Assembly: GCA_036677065.1 (NCBI GenBank)
Contig: JAKFBS010000004.1
Span: 192,001-256,000, forward strand
Length of the DNA stretch: 64,000 nucleotides
Direction: 5' to 3'
Origin: Bdellovibrio sp.
Lineage (GTDB): Bacteria; Bdellovibrionota; Bdellovibrionia; Bdellovibrionales; Bdellovibrionaceae
Position 1 is the first letter of the stretch, and every line of letters starts with the position of its first letter. A model generated the notes under the pieces. The model saw only the letters and a program-made list of their open reading frames with translations, was not told the origin of the DNA and did no database searches. The position numbers and the translations under genes are program-made. Shown one piece after another: positions 1 through 10,093 of this stretch.

Positions 1-41
1 ACGTACACACGGTAATCGTCGTATTGAAAAATATTTGTCAT
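1..41 (-). CDS. N-terminus of a TIGR02147-family protein, running off the left edge (not in ORF track)
   Basis: Minus strand from ATG at 41 reads MTNIFQYDDYRVYV, matching the typical IFxYxDYR N-terminus of the family (compare VYDYRD in 6979-7836). Preceded by a sigma70-like promoter. Confidence 0.65.
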   Translation of the reverse strand, partial: MTNIFQYDDYRVY

Positions 42-50
42 AGTTGGCGC

Positions 51-89
51 ATAATATAAGAGCGGAAACCCTTGTCAATAGCGACAAGG
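51..89 (-). promoter_or_regulatory. sigma70-like promoter (TTGACA-N16-TATTAT) with a palindrome CCTTGTC-N6-GACAAGG overlapping the -35
   Basis: -35 at 78-73 and -10 at 56-51 on the minus strand. Perfect 7-bp inverted repeat at 70-76/83-89. Confidence 0.55.
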
Positions 90-399
90 CGGGGATTTTC
101 ATTACTGTTTACAAGGGTAAACTAAGGGGTTTTTGCTCTCACTTGGTTTTCATTTTGCTGCTGGATGCTTGGATATTGGGCTCTTTCGGGCCATAAATGA
201 CTCAAAGCTCAGACACAGTTTTTGTCTCAATTGAAGATAATACCAACCAAGAGTTTAAAAAAATCACTGCGACAAAGATCGAGTTGTCTCAATATATCTC
301 GATCTGTGCGATCTCGATAGATCTGATGACTGAAATTAACTAAACAAAATACAGCCTATATAGCGTCGATCCCAGTAAACAAAAATCATTGAGCTACTC

Positions 400-427
400 T
401 TCATTCGATCAATGTTTAATCCGATAA
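400..427 (+). promoter_or_regulatory. sigma28/FliA-like promoter, probably leaderless
   Basis: TTCAT-N15-TCCGATAA ends 7 nt before the GTG at 435. No Shine-Dalgarno. Confidence 0.55.
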
Positions 428-434
428 AGATACC

Positions 435-3400
435 GTGAATACCAATCTGTTGTATGTTTATCTACTATTCGTATCTCTTTTTGCGACATCAGCGTTTGCT
501 ATTCCTGGGCTTACGACTTATCAAGCCCGCATTATTCAACCAAATGGTGTGCCCTTAGAATCAAACGGCGTAAGTTTTCGTTTTACGGTTTTAAATCCTG
601 CTGCAAATTGCATTCTTTATATCGAAGATTACAATGCGATTAACATGAATAACACCAGCGGGTTAGTTACGTTTTCGCTCGGAAGTGGAACAAAAATTTA
701 TCCCACGTCTGGCACAGTTACTTTTCAAGATATATTTAGTAACTCATCTGCGCCATTAGCATGTCAGGCCAGTGGAACTTACGGGCCCGATGCAAACGAT
801 GTTCGTAAAATCGTGATGCAGTTCAACGACAGCAACGGTTGGCAAACATTACCAGCCATGAGCATCAATGCGGTTCCATATGCGATGTTTGCGACAGATG
901 CACAAAAACTTGGTGGCGTTAGTGCCACAAGTTATATTCAATACTCAGCGATTCCAACGTGTACGGCTTCGCAAGCGCTGCAATACACGGGTTCGGGTTT
1001 TCTTTGTATCACGGCAGGTGGCGGTGGAGGTGCATCGGCAACAATCACAGCCGGTGATATCACAACTGCACTTGGTTACACGCCGGCAGATCCAGCCACG
1101 TTATCAACTTCATATACAACAGTAGCCGCATCGTATTCGACAGTGACAGCCTCGGTTTCCTCTTTAGGAAGTTCAGTGACGACGGTGATTTCAACTGTGA
1201 ATGATTTATCAGCCTCTTTAGCTGCGATCGTTTCATCACAGTGGCTTACTAGCGGCACAACAATTAGTTATAATTCTGGTCACGTCGGGATAGGTATACT
1301 TTCACCAAATGCTAAGTTGCATATTGCCGCAGGCACTTCATCTATAGCTCCTCTTAAATTAACGACAGGGCCGCTGTTAACCTCGCCACAAGCGGGAAGT
1401 ATTGAGTACAACGGTTTTAATTTATTTTACACAGATGGAGCAAGCACCCGTCATACGATAGCCACCGAAGCGGAAATTTTCACTTTAACTGCAGAAATGG
1501 CAAGTTTAACAGCGCTTGTTTCTGGCAGTTCAGGTGTTGGTTTTTCAAGTTTAGATTTAGGTTCGGCAAGTGCTACAGGTATTTTAGCTGAAGCGCGCTT
1601 ACCGAGTTTTGCAAATGTAACAAGTGGATCACAATACACAAAAGTAACTGTTGATGGCAAAGGCCGTGTAACAAGTGGCGCACCATTATCAGCTTTAGAT
1701 ATTTCAACAGCAGTAGGTGCTGATTCATTAGTAAAAATCGGCGCCTTTGATGGTTACAGTATGAATGTATATGCCGGTAGCGGTGTGGGAAATATCGGAA
1801 CAGCCACTGGAACTTCGAATGAAGCATTTGGTCACGGTGGACTTCGCTTTTTAACAAGCGGTAATCGCAACGTGGCGATGGGTATTTATGCTTTAGGAAA
1901 TGTGACTACGGGTAGTTCAAATATCGGTATTGGTCAGGAAGCCGGATTAGTTATTACTACAGGTTCAAATAATATTGCCATCGGTAACAATTCAAGTGTT
2001 CCTAATGGTGCTGGTAATAATCAGCTTTCAATTAATAATTTAATTTACGGTATCAGCAACAATGTGGGTATTGGCACATCAGCACCAGTTACTAAATTAG
2101 AAGTCAGTGGTGGTGTGAAAATCAGTATGGAAGCTGCAGCCTGTGTAGCTGCTTATGCTGGTACGATTCGTTACAATGCAGGTCTTGTAGAATATTGTAA
2201 TGGCACAAGTTGGTCAACGTTGGGTGTAAGTGGTTCTGCGGTAAGTTCGCAATGGAATACCTCAGGTACAACAATTAATTACTTAGCAGGTAATGTTGGT
2301 ATTAGAACAGCTTCGCCTCTGCAAAGTTTTTCTGTAAGTGGTGTTGCTGTTGTGACTGGTAATTATGGTAGCGGCGAAAATTTAGTTGTGAGCGGTGAAG
2401 GATCAAGAATGTTTTTCTATCCTAAAAAATCTGCTTTTCGTGCTGGATATGTCGGAAACGATGAATGGGATGATGCCAACATCGGAGAATCCAGTGTAGC
2501 TATCGGTGATAGTTCGATCGCCACAGGTTATGGATCAGTTGCTTTAGGAACTGGTGTTATTGCAAGTGGTGCAAACTCTGTAGCCATGGGTAAATACAGT
2601 CAGGCCTTGGGTGATAGATCAACAGCATTTGGCGAAGCACAGGCCGTCGGTGATTTAAGTACAGCTTTTGATAGCAGTTACGCCGAAGGAATGTATAGCA
2701 TTGCCATGGGAAGCAGTAGTGCAAATGCTGATCGCGCTATAGCTATGGGATCATCAGCAAATGCAGATGGCGAATCAAGTGTTGCTATCGGCCAGTCAGT
2801 TCATAGTCGGGCCTATAGATCTGTAGCCGTAGGTAGTTACAACGTCGGAAGTGGAAGCGGAACCGCCTGGATTGCTACAGATCCAATTTTTGAAGTTGGT
2901 AATAGTCAAAATGGATCGCCACGCAGTAATGCCATGACCATTCTAAAAAATGGCAACATCGGTATTGGCAATATTGCACCGGTTACTAAGTTAGAAGTCA
3001 GTGGTGGTGTAAAAATCAGTATGGAATCTGCAGCGTGTGCTGTAAGTTACGCGGGTACTTTACGTTATAATTCAGGTAACGTTGAATATTGTAATGGCAC
3101 TTCGTGGGCAGCGTTCGGCACAGGTGGTGCTGTAACAAGTGCATCCATTGCAGCAGCATTAAGTTATACTCCAGCTAATCAATCAACAGTAGCGACATCA
3201 TTTACAACTCTAACGAATTCAGTGAATATCGTGGGAACTTCGATTACTACGTTAACTAGTACAGTTAATAATTTATCAACTTCATTTACAAACTTAGCCG
3301 CTGCAGTTTCTGGAATCGCAACAGGTGCTAAAGTCGCTCGTGTTGCAACGACAGCCAATATCGTGCTTTCAGGTTTGCAAACGATCGATACGATTGTTAC

Positions 3401-6400
3401 GTTAGTCGCCGGCGATCGCGTTTTAGTTAAGAACCAATCATCGCAAGGTAATAATGGACTATATATTGCCGCAGCCGGTGCATGGACGCGTGCTCCTGAA
3501 CTTGATACATGGCAAGAAGTGTTGGGTGCCGAAGTTTATGTTGTCGATGGTCTTTCCAACCAAGGCATGGCGTACATGGTGAACACCTCGGTCTTATCTG
3601 GTACATTGAATACAACTAGTATCCAATGGACTACGCGTGGAGCAAACTGGTTTAACGGTAACATTGGTTTTGGTATAGATTCACTGACTAAAAATATTTC
3701 GGGCTTCGACAATGCGGCTTTCGGTAATTATTCTCTATCAGCAGCGACCACGGGGTCTGAAAATACAGGTCTCGGTAATTATACTTTCGAAGATTTAACA
3801 ACAGGTGGCAAAAATACAGCTGTCGGTACTTCAGTGATGGCCGGCGTAACTTCAGGCTCTTTAAATACAGCACTTGGATATAGATCTCTAAGTAGTTTAT
3901 CAACGGGCGATGGCAACATCGGCATCGGCGCGAATGCAGGCTGGTTGATCACGACCGGCTCTAACAATGTAGTGATCGGTTCAAATACCGGGGCTGCGAT
4001 TGCGACATCATCAAATAATATTCTTTTAGCAGATGGTCAGGGTAATGAACGTATGCGCATTACCTCTAGCGGCGCTGTCGGTTTTGGTACAACAACACCT
4101 GCAGCAAGATTAGAAGTTTCTGGTGGAATTAAAATCAGCGGTACTGCGGCTACATTAGATATTCCTTTAACGACTTCAACTACCGGTTACATCTCAATGA
4201 ATGGTGAGCGGGTATTACATGCTTCTGAAGATTATAGTATTTTCTTAGGAAGAGGTGCCGGCAATCTTGCAGGTACTGGCGTGCAGGATACAGGTATCGG
4301 TCATCAAGCACTTAAGAGCATAACTTTAGGATATCAAAACGTTGCGGTCGGTGATTTTGCAATGGCTGATATGACCATCGGCGGAGAAAACACTGCCATT
4401 GGATCAGAAGCATTAACTAACTCTGTCAGTGGTAATGCCAATGTTGCTGTGGGTATTCAAGCGCTAATGAATAACACAAGTAACGAAAATACCGTTGTCG
4501 GAGCGTACGCACTCAATCGAGCGGGTAATGGTTTCAAAAATACGGGAACGGGTTATGCCGTAATGAATATGCTGACGACAGGATCGAATAACGTTGCTGC
4601 TGGTTGGATGGCGTTGAGAGAAGTAACGACAGGGAATTCAAATGTCGGTATCGGTTATGCAGCGGGAAGATTTTTAACAACAGGATCAGGCAATGTGATC
4701 ATCGGTGGTAACACAGGTGTAAGCTTTGCGACGGAGTCGAATAATATTTCAATCAACGATGGCGTAGGTAATGAAAGAATTCGTGTCGTGAGTTCTGGCT
4801 TAGTGGGTATCGGCACAATAACTCCAGTCACAAAATTAGATGTATCGGGTGCGATTCGTATCAGCATGGATTCAGCAACGTGTGCGACAAGTTATGCTGG
4901 AGCGATTCGCTACAATGCCGGAAACGTGCAATTCTGTAACGGCACAACGTGGGGAAGTTTCGGCGCAGAAGTGACCAGCGCATCAGTGGTTTCTGCATTA
5001 GGCTACACACCGGCCGCCAGTGGATCAGGGGCATCGCAGTGGACGACATCATCAACGACCATCAGTTACACTGGAAAAGTAGGTATTGGATTAACTGATC
5101 CGGCCACGCCGTTGCAAGTAGCGGGGCCCAGTAATGCCACCCCTTCAGTCGCGAATTCAATTTTTAGTACGAAATCTTCAATTTCAACGGGAATTTTTAT
5201 GGGCTCGTACAATGCGACGCCATTTGGTTCATGGATTCAATCAGCAGATCATGTTGGTATGTTTCCATACCCGTTAATATTAAATCCGCTGGGTGCAAAT
5301 GTGGGTATTGGTTTATCAACCCCCTTGTCACGCTTAGTTGTTAAAGGTTTAGGTACAACATCGGCGACATCTTCGCTGAACGTCACCGATTCATCGAATA
5401 ACTCGCACTTGTTTGTGCGCGGTGATGGTAACGTCGGTATCGGTACCGGATCACCTGGTGCGCGCTTAGCGGTTGAAGGAACTGGCGCAGTTGGTTTACA
5501 AATTAAAACTACAGGCGCAGTCGCAGCCGATACTTTTAATATGGTTAATGATATGGATGCGACTGGTAATTTCTGGTTCGCAAAAGGATCATCGAATACA
5601 GTTCCGACAAGTCCAAATCGTTTAATGAATATAACGAATTGGGGTAACGTAGAAATTTTTGGCCAAGAAGTAAATAACACGAATGATAATTCAGGAATAT
5701 TATCTCTTAAAACTCAAGCTAGTGCAGATGGTGGCCAAAGAAATGAAGTGTCATTAGAATTTTATGCCGATCGTACAGATTTAAATACGCCGTCGGGGTA
5801 TTTGGGCTATGAAAGTAACACGACACTTGATTTAACATTGATGAATAGCAAAAACGGAAAACTAATTCTTGGAACTTCAAATACCGCGGCCGTAACGATC
5901 ACATCTGCGAGCGCTGTGGGTATAGGTACAAGTACGCCTGACAGTGCACTCACAATTAATTCGAATAACACTAAAACGACTTTGCATCTTACAGCAATGG
6001 GTGGTGGCGGATATCTTAGTGCTCGCGGTAATACCTCTCAGCTAGATGTGTTTGGTGGCTATGAATATGACTTGGCTGCATCTAATTACAAGGCTCGTGC
6101 AACAGCCGCTGCCGGCGTTGAGTTCAATGCCGGCACTTTTCGCGTATACACCAATTCAGGTCTAACAAGTGGAAACACATTCACTCCTACTGAACGCCTG
6201 CGTATCGATACAAGCGGCAATGTCGGTATCGGGACGACAAGTCCAATCAATTTATTTCATTTACACGCAACTGCAGGAAATACAGTATTGAAAATGTCGA
6301 ATGCGAGTACGGGTGTAACAGGCGCTGATGGTTTTGCAATTCAGCAAACCGCGACCGATGTGAACTTTATTAACTATGAAACCGGAGCAATGGGTTTTCA

Positions 6401-6971
6401 AACGGCTGGCCAGCAGCGTATGCGTATTGCTTCAACCGGCGAGGTCGGTATCGGGACTTCGAGCCCGGGTTATACCTTGGATGTTTCAGGAACATTAAAC
6501 ATCACCACGGGAAACTGGTTACGTTTTGCCGGTGTGGGTATTTGCAGTAGCGCCGGTTGTACTGCGACTTCCGATCGTCGGCTTAAAAAAAATATTCAAC
6601 CGCTGGATTTTTCACTTGAGAAAATTTTGTCGCTTCAAGGTGTGCAGTATGATTGGAAAGATAAAGCTACGTATGGTGATAAACACCAAGTCGGGTTTGT
6701 CGCACAAGATTTAGAAAAAATTTACCCAGAGGTCATTTACACAGATAAAAACACAGGACTTAAAACTGTGGCCTACGGAAATTTAGTCGCTCCAATCGTT
6801 GAGGCTGTTAAATCGCTTTACGAAAAGGTCATGGTGCTATTTGACCGCAACGAACAGCTTTCACGCGAAGTGGCCGCTGTTAAGGCCGAAAACGCTGAAA
6901 AAACAAAACAGCTAAATGATATTCGAGCTTATTTGTGTTCAAAAGATCCAAGCGCGCCGATGTGTAAATAG
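435..6971 (+). CDS. Giant trimeric adhesive fibre (Bdellovibrio MAT-like) with C-terminal peptidase S74 chaperone
   Basis: Signal peptide; many GNVGIGT repeats; NxAxGxxAL beta-helix repeats; YadA-head-like SVAIG/SVAMG repeats; phage-fibre module VATTANI..LSGLQTID..AGDRVLVKNQ; S74 motif SDRRLKKNI...GFVAQDLEKIYPE followed by a coiled coil. Confidence 0.9.
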   Translation: MNTNLLYVYLLFVSLFATSAFAIPGLTTYQARIIQPNGVPLESNGVSFRFTVLNPAANCILYIEDYNAINMNNTSGLVTFSLGSGTKIYPTSGTVTFQDIFSNSSAPLACQASGTYGPDANDVRKIVMQFNDSNGWQTLPAMSINAVPYAMFATDAQKLGGVSATSYIQYSAIPTCTASQALQYTGSGFLCITAGGGGGASATITAGDITTALGYTPADPATLSTSYTTVAASYSTVTASVSSLGSSVTTVISTVNDLSASLAAIVSSQWLTSGTTISYNSGHVGIGILSPNAKLHIAAGTSSIAPLKLTTGPLLTSPQAGSIEYNGFNLFYTDGASTRHTIATEAEIFTLTAEMASLTALVSGSSGVGFSSLDLGSASATGILAEARLPSFANVTSGSQYTKVTVDGKGRVTSGAPLSALDISTAVGADSLVKIGAFDGYSMNVYAGSGVGNIGTATGTSNEAFGHGGLRFLTSGNRNVAMGIYALGNVTTGSSNIGIGQEAGLVITTGSNNIAIGNNSSVPNGAGNNQLSINNLIYGISNNVGIGTSAPVTKLEVSGGVKISMEAAACVAAYAGTIRYNAGLVEYCNGTSWSTLGVSGSAVSSQWNTSGTTINYLAGNVGIRTASPLQSFSVSGVAVVTGNYGSGENLVVSGEGSRMFFYPKKSAFRAGYVGNDEWDDANIGESSVAIGDSSIATGYGSVALGTGVIASGANSVAMGKYSQALGDRSTAFGEAQAVGDLSTAFDSSYAEGMYSIAMGSSSANADRAIAMGSSANADGESSVAIGQSVHSRAYRSVAVGSYNVGSGSGTAWIATDPIFEVGNSQNGSPRSNAMTILKNGNIGIGNIAPVTKLEVSGGVKISMESAACAVSYAGTLRYNSGNVEYCNGTSWAAFGTGGAVTSASIAAALSYTPANQSTVATSFTTLTNSVNIVGTSITTLTSTVNNLSTSFTNLAAAVSGIATGAKVARVATTANIVLSGLQTIDTIVTLVAGDRVLVKNQSSQGNNGLYIAAAGAWTRAPELDTWQEVLGAEVYVVDGLSNQGMAYMVNTSVLSGTLNTTSIQWTTRGANWFNGNIGFGIDSLTKNISGFDNAAFGNYSLSAATTGSENTGLGNYTFEDLTTGGKNTAVGTSVMAGVTSGSLNTALGYRSLSSLSTGDGNIGIGANAGWLITTGSNNVVIGSNTGAAIATSSNNILLADGQGNERMRITSSGAVGFGTTTPAARLEVSGGIKISGTAATLDIPLTTSTTGYISMNGERVLHASEDYSIFLGRGAGNLAGTGVQDTGIGHQALKSITLGYQNVAVGDFAMADMTIGGENTAIGSEALTNSVSGNANVAVGIQALMNNTSNENTVVGAYALNRAGNGFKNTGTGYAVMNMLTTGSNNVAAGWMALREVTTGNSNVGIGYAAGRFLTTGSGNVIIGGNTGVSFATESNNISINDGVGNERIRVVSSGLVGIGTITPVTKLDVSGAIRISMDSATCATSYAGAIRYNAGNVQFCNGTTWGSFGAEVTSASVVSALGYTPAASGSGASQWTTSSTTISYTGKVGIGLTDPATPLQVAGPSNATPSVANSIFSTKSSISTGIFMGSYNATPFGSWIQSADHVGMFPYPLILNPLGANVGIGLSTPLSRLVVKGLGTTSATSSLNVTDSSNNSHLFVRGDGNVGIGTGSPGARLAVEGTGAVGLQIKTTGAVAADTFNMVNDMDATGNFWFAKGSSNTVPTSPNRLMNITNWGNVEIFGQEVNNTNDNSGILSLKTQASADGGQRNEVSLEFYADRTDLNTPSGYLGYESNTTLDLTLMNSKNGKLILGTSNTAAVTITSASAVGIGTSTPDSALTINSNNTKTTLHLTAMGGGGYLSARGNTSQLDVFGGYEYDLAASNYKARATAAAGVEFNAGTFRVYTNSGLTSGNTFTPTERLRIDTSGNVGIGTTSPINLFHLHATAGNTVLKMSNASTGVTGADGFAIQQTATDVNFINYETGAMGFQTAGQQRMRIASTGEVGIGTSSPGYTLDVSGTLNITTGNWLRFAGVGICSSAGCTATSDRRLKKNIQPLDFSLEKILSLQGVQYDWKDKATYGDKHQVGFVAQDLEKIYPEVIYTDKNTGLKTVAYGNLVAPIVEAVKSLYEKVMVLFDRNEQLSREVAAVKAENAEKTKQLNDIRAYLCSKDPSAPMCK

Positions 6972-6978
6972 TGAATAG

Positions 6979-7836
6979 TTAACAATCTGAAGAGTTCTCG
7001 ATGACTTCTGAAACCGATAGAAGCTGTTGGTTAAGTCTGTAGACCTTTTTACCCGCGATGCTTTTTTCATTAAAGATCGCTACCATCTGACTGTTAAAAT
7101 CTTGAATTAGTTCTTGAGCCTTTTGGAATTGTTCAGCTGACAGAGCCATGAATGCTGAATAGAGCTTTCTGTTTTCTGTTGGCCCGTGGATAGCCTCTTG
7201 GGCTTGTTTGAGTCCTTCCGCATGGAAAGTCCGGATATACGAGTTGCCCGGGCTGGAAGGAATTTTAAAAAACTCATTCTCTGTGTGATAGATAATGCGG
7301 CCGTCTTCTCTGACTTCTCCCGATACAAGCTTTTGCCAGAGCAGGCACTTTAACGCGTTTTTAATTCGATCCACCGAGCAGCGAAAGTCCTGGGCCCATT
7401 TTTCTAAATCAGAAGATGAATCGTCAAAACTCAGATACGTAAACAGCTGAGGCACTAAAGGGTCGCTTAAAAAAGCTGAGATATCCTGGATCGCCGTTTC
7501 TTGTAGATTGCGAGACCAGCGACCATAGATTTCTCTCAAATATAACGCGCGCATTGAGTCTGTCGTAGCAATTTGGTAGTTCACCAAAAGAGCTAGGTAG
7601 CTAACTTCGCCTTCGCTTAGCTGTAGGCCTTTGACAAGGGCTGGAATAATCGAATGGGTCGGTGGCTTTTCGCCTAATACTAAATAGCGCAAATAAGAAC
7701 GACTTTTTATTCCCATTTCGCCGGCCCAAGTTTCATAAGAAAAATTCCCTTCCGTGTTCTTGCGATACTTGTAAAGAGCTTTGAGGAATTCAGGAAGGTC
7801 GCGGTAGTCATAAACTTTTGGTTTTGCTGCTATCAT
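6979..7836 (-). CDS. TIGR02147 family protein (N-terminal HTH, DUF4423-like C-terminus)
   Basis: VYDYRD..FL, FSYETWAGEMGIKSRSYL helix-turn-helix, IRTFH, C-terminal VYRLNQQL. Extended -10 TGCTACGAT lies 6 nt before the ATG (leaderless). Confidence 0.85.
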   Translation of the reverse strand: MIAAKPKVYDYRDLPEFLKALYKYRKNTEGNFSYETWAGEMGIKSRSYLRYLVLGEKPPTHSIIPALVKGLQLSEGEVSYLALLVNYQIATTDSMRALYLREIYGRWSRNLQETAIQDISAFLSDPLVPQLFTYLSFDDSSSDLEKWAQDFRCSVDRIKNALKCLLWQKLVSGEVREDGRIIYHTENEFFKIPSSPGNSYIRTFHAEGLKQAQEAIHGPTENRKLYSAFMALSAEQFQKAQELIQDFNSQMVAIFNEKSIAGKKVYRLNQQLLSVSEVIENSSDC

Positions 7837-7978
7837 ATCTGCATCGTAGCAAGGTCATTTATTCTTGGGACGTCCAGTTTTTGTTCTCTAAAAAAGAACG
7901 AATGCTCAAATTTGCAGTTACTGTCTACGGGGTACACACAGAGTTGGCATAGAATCAATTCAGCGCCTCTTGTGAAGA

Positions 7979-7994
7979 TGGCATGCCTAATGCA
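7979..7994 (+). promoter_or_regulatory. sigma54-like -24/-12 promoter
   Basis: TGGCATGCCTAATGCA (GG-N10-GC) upstream of 8063. Confidence 0.6.
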
Positions 7995-8062
7995 AAAGCA
8001 TTTAATCAAATTAAACAATCGCTGCCAGATCGCTTCCTCTGGAAAAAACTAAGGAGACTCTC

Positions 8063-8749
8063 GTGAAAAAAGTTATTTTAAGTTCGCTTGTTATTCTGGT
8101 TGCTGCATCGGCTTTTGCTGGGGGCGGCACTGTCGGTTCTGACTCTGTTAAAGGATCAGCCCAGCATTTTTATTCTGATGAAAATTCAGATATTATAACT
8201 GAGCTTGCAAAAGAGCTGCATGATAAATATGGCCTATTTGTAGCAAATTTTAAACAGCATAGTGAAACCTATGTTGGCGATTTTAATCTTAATAAGATGA
8301 AAAATAATGGGGCTGATGTAATGGCCTATAGTGACCTTACGTTTTCAAAATCAGGAGAGAGCTATAGACTGTATTACAATACATATAAAACAAATAGGCC
8401 TGTGATTATAACTCTGGATTCAAAATATAACTCAGCTATCGACAGACTTTTTTTAGATATCAAGCAAGAAGCTAGCTTTGTAGAAATTGATGGGGCTACT
8501 GGCTATGGGCGTGGAGGCACGCATCTTATTGCCAGAAACTTGTCTGATGTAAAAGAATTAACATTAGCTTGCACAAGAATAATTCAGTCTGATCAAAGCG
8601 GAGGAAACAGATGTCAGACAAAAACTTCAGGAATCAATTTTTCCGAAAAAGAAACTGAAGTTATAGTACAAGGCCCACGCGCCGAAGTAATGGTTCCTAA
8701 AAAATATTTAAGAACTTGGAGTGAAAATTATTGGAACGGAAAATTCTAA
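8063..8749 (+). CDS. Secreted hypothetical protein
   Basis: AAGGAG RBS, GTG start, signal peptide ending AFA, mature N-terminus GGGTVG. Divergent from the TIGR02147 gene. Confidence 0.8.
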   Translation: MKKVILSSLVILVAASAFAGGGTVGSDSVKGSAQHFYSDENSDIITELAKELHDKYGLFVANFKQHSETYVGDFNLNKMKNNGADVMAYSDLTFSKSGESYRLYYNTYKTNRPVIITLDSKYNSAIDRLFLDIKQEASFVEIDGATGYGRGGTHLIARNLSDVKELTLACTRIIQSDQSGGNRCQTKTSGINFSEKETEVIVQGPRAEVMVPKKYLRTWSENYWNGKF

Positions 8750-8780
8750 AATTGTTCGCAGATTACGAATTGAAAAGATA

Positions 8781-8818
8781 AAATAAAAAGCGGCCACATC
8801 ATGGCCGCTTTTTATTTT
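8781..8818. terminator. Bidirectional intrinsic terminator
   Basis: AAATAAAAAGCGGCCA-CATCA-TGGCCGCTTTTTATTT between convergent genes. Confidence 0.85.
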
Positions 8819-9434
8819 AAGACTGTAAATTGTTAAGTAATGTGCTTGTCGCCCACTTCATGGTCTTGCCCATTTCAGCACCGGTCTCACCGTAGACATT
8901 GCGTAAATCACTCCATAAATTTGCATTAATTAAACTAATAATTAAATGAACTCTTTGCTGTTCTTCTTTTGAAGTAGTTAACGGAATCTGAGCTTTGATT
9001 TTTTCCATCACTAGGGCGTTGAATTTGCGGCGAAACAAAACACGCGATTGTTGGCCGAAGTTTGTGTATAAATAAGCTAAGATTAAACTTTCGTATTGAT
9101 CAAACACCTGAAATGAAAATTCAGCAAAATCTTCAACTGTCATGACTTGTAAATTTCCGGCGACTTGTGTGACGTAGGTTTCAAGATAAGTTTCGAGTTC
9201 ACGAGTTAAAGATTTTTTATCACCGAAAAAACGAAACAAGGTACGTGTTGAAAGATCAGCACGTACAGCTAATTCTTCTAAAGAAATTTCTTCGCCGCGT
9301 TTTTCAACTAATAAAGCCACATAGTTTTCTATAATTTTTTGTCTGTTGTTATTTGATTTTTCAGCGCGTGCCGAATTATCGTATTTTCTGGGTTTCTTGG
9401 GCCTTTTAGCTGTTTTCGTGTTTTTACGTTTCAT
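8817..9434 (-). CDS. TetR/AcrR family regulator
   Basis: RKYDNSARAEK..NRQKII and ISLEELAVRADLSTRTLFRFFGDK helix-turn-helix. Confidence 0.85.
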   Translation of the reverse strand: MKRKNTKTAKRPKKPRKYDNSARAEKSNNNRQKIIENYVALLVEKRGEEISLEELAVRADLSTRTLFRFFGDKKSLTRELETYLETYVTQVAGNLQVMTVEDFAEFSFQVFDQYESLILAYLYTNFGQQSRVLFRRKFNALVMEKIKAQIPLTTSKEEQQRVHLIISLINANLWSDLRNVYGETGAEMGKTMKWATSTLLNNLQS

Positions 9435-9703
9435 GTGTGCAGTATAGAAAGAAGATGCGCTGTGATCAAATTAAAATGACATTAATACAGACCTTAATAA
9501 ATGAAAAAACCTTTATAAACAATTAATTATTGACACATATTGACACGAAGAAGGAATAACCTACAAAAGACTTGCTCAAAGCCTAGCCGCGGTTTGCGGT
9601 ATTCTTTAAATTAAATCATATCGCCGTACAAATGGCGAATTACATGATGTACCCAGTACAAAAAGTGTTAATTCAGGTTTACATTAGATTAGAAAATTAA
9701 AAT

Positions 9704-10084
9704 CTATTTAGCCGTAACCCAAAGTCTAACAGCGACAAAAACTAAGAACACAGAAAACATTCGCGTTAGCGTGGCCGTTTGTAAGGTGATCGCAAATTTA
9801 GAACCTAAGTAAGTTCCGCCAAACATAACTGCAGCAATTACTAATCCGTATTTAATGTTATCTATCTGAATAAAGCCCGCACGGTAATAATTAATGATTC
9901 CTAAAATACCCACAGGTAATAATAAAGCTACAAGAGAGGTGGCCGTAGCGGTTTGCTGTTGATATTTAAAAAGATAAACCAGCATCGGCACGATAATGAC
10001 TCCACCACCGATACCAAATAACCCAGAAGAGATTCCGGCAGTTAAACCAATAATTGCAGCATAGGTAATTTGTAGTGGTGACAT
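9704..10084 (-). CDS. Half-size TauE/SafE (TSUP) membrane protein
   Basis: GISSGLFGIGGGVIIVP and ATATSL motifs; about four transmembrane helices. Confidence 0.85.
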   Translation of the reverse strand: MSPLQITYAAIIGLTAGISSGLFGIGGGVIIVPMLVYLFKYQQQTATATSLVALLLPVGILGIINYYRAGFIQIDNIKYGLVIAAVMFGGTYLGSKFAITLQTATLTRMFSVFLVFVAVRLWVTAK

Positions 10085-10093
10085 GAGTATCTC

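Noticed and set aside
60..400. Riboswitch (e.g. c-di-GMP) upstream of fibre 1
   Set aside because: No recognisable aptamer consensus, and the predicted promoter lies downstream of this region.
868..6714. Short alternative-frame and antisense ORFs inside fibre 1 (likewise inside fibre 2, pckG, lon and others)
   Set aside because: They are shadows of long genes with biased codons and show no recognisable motifs.
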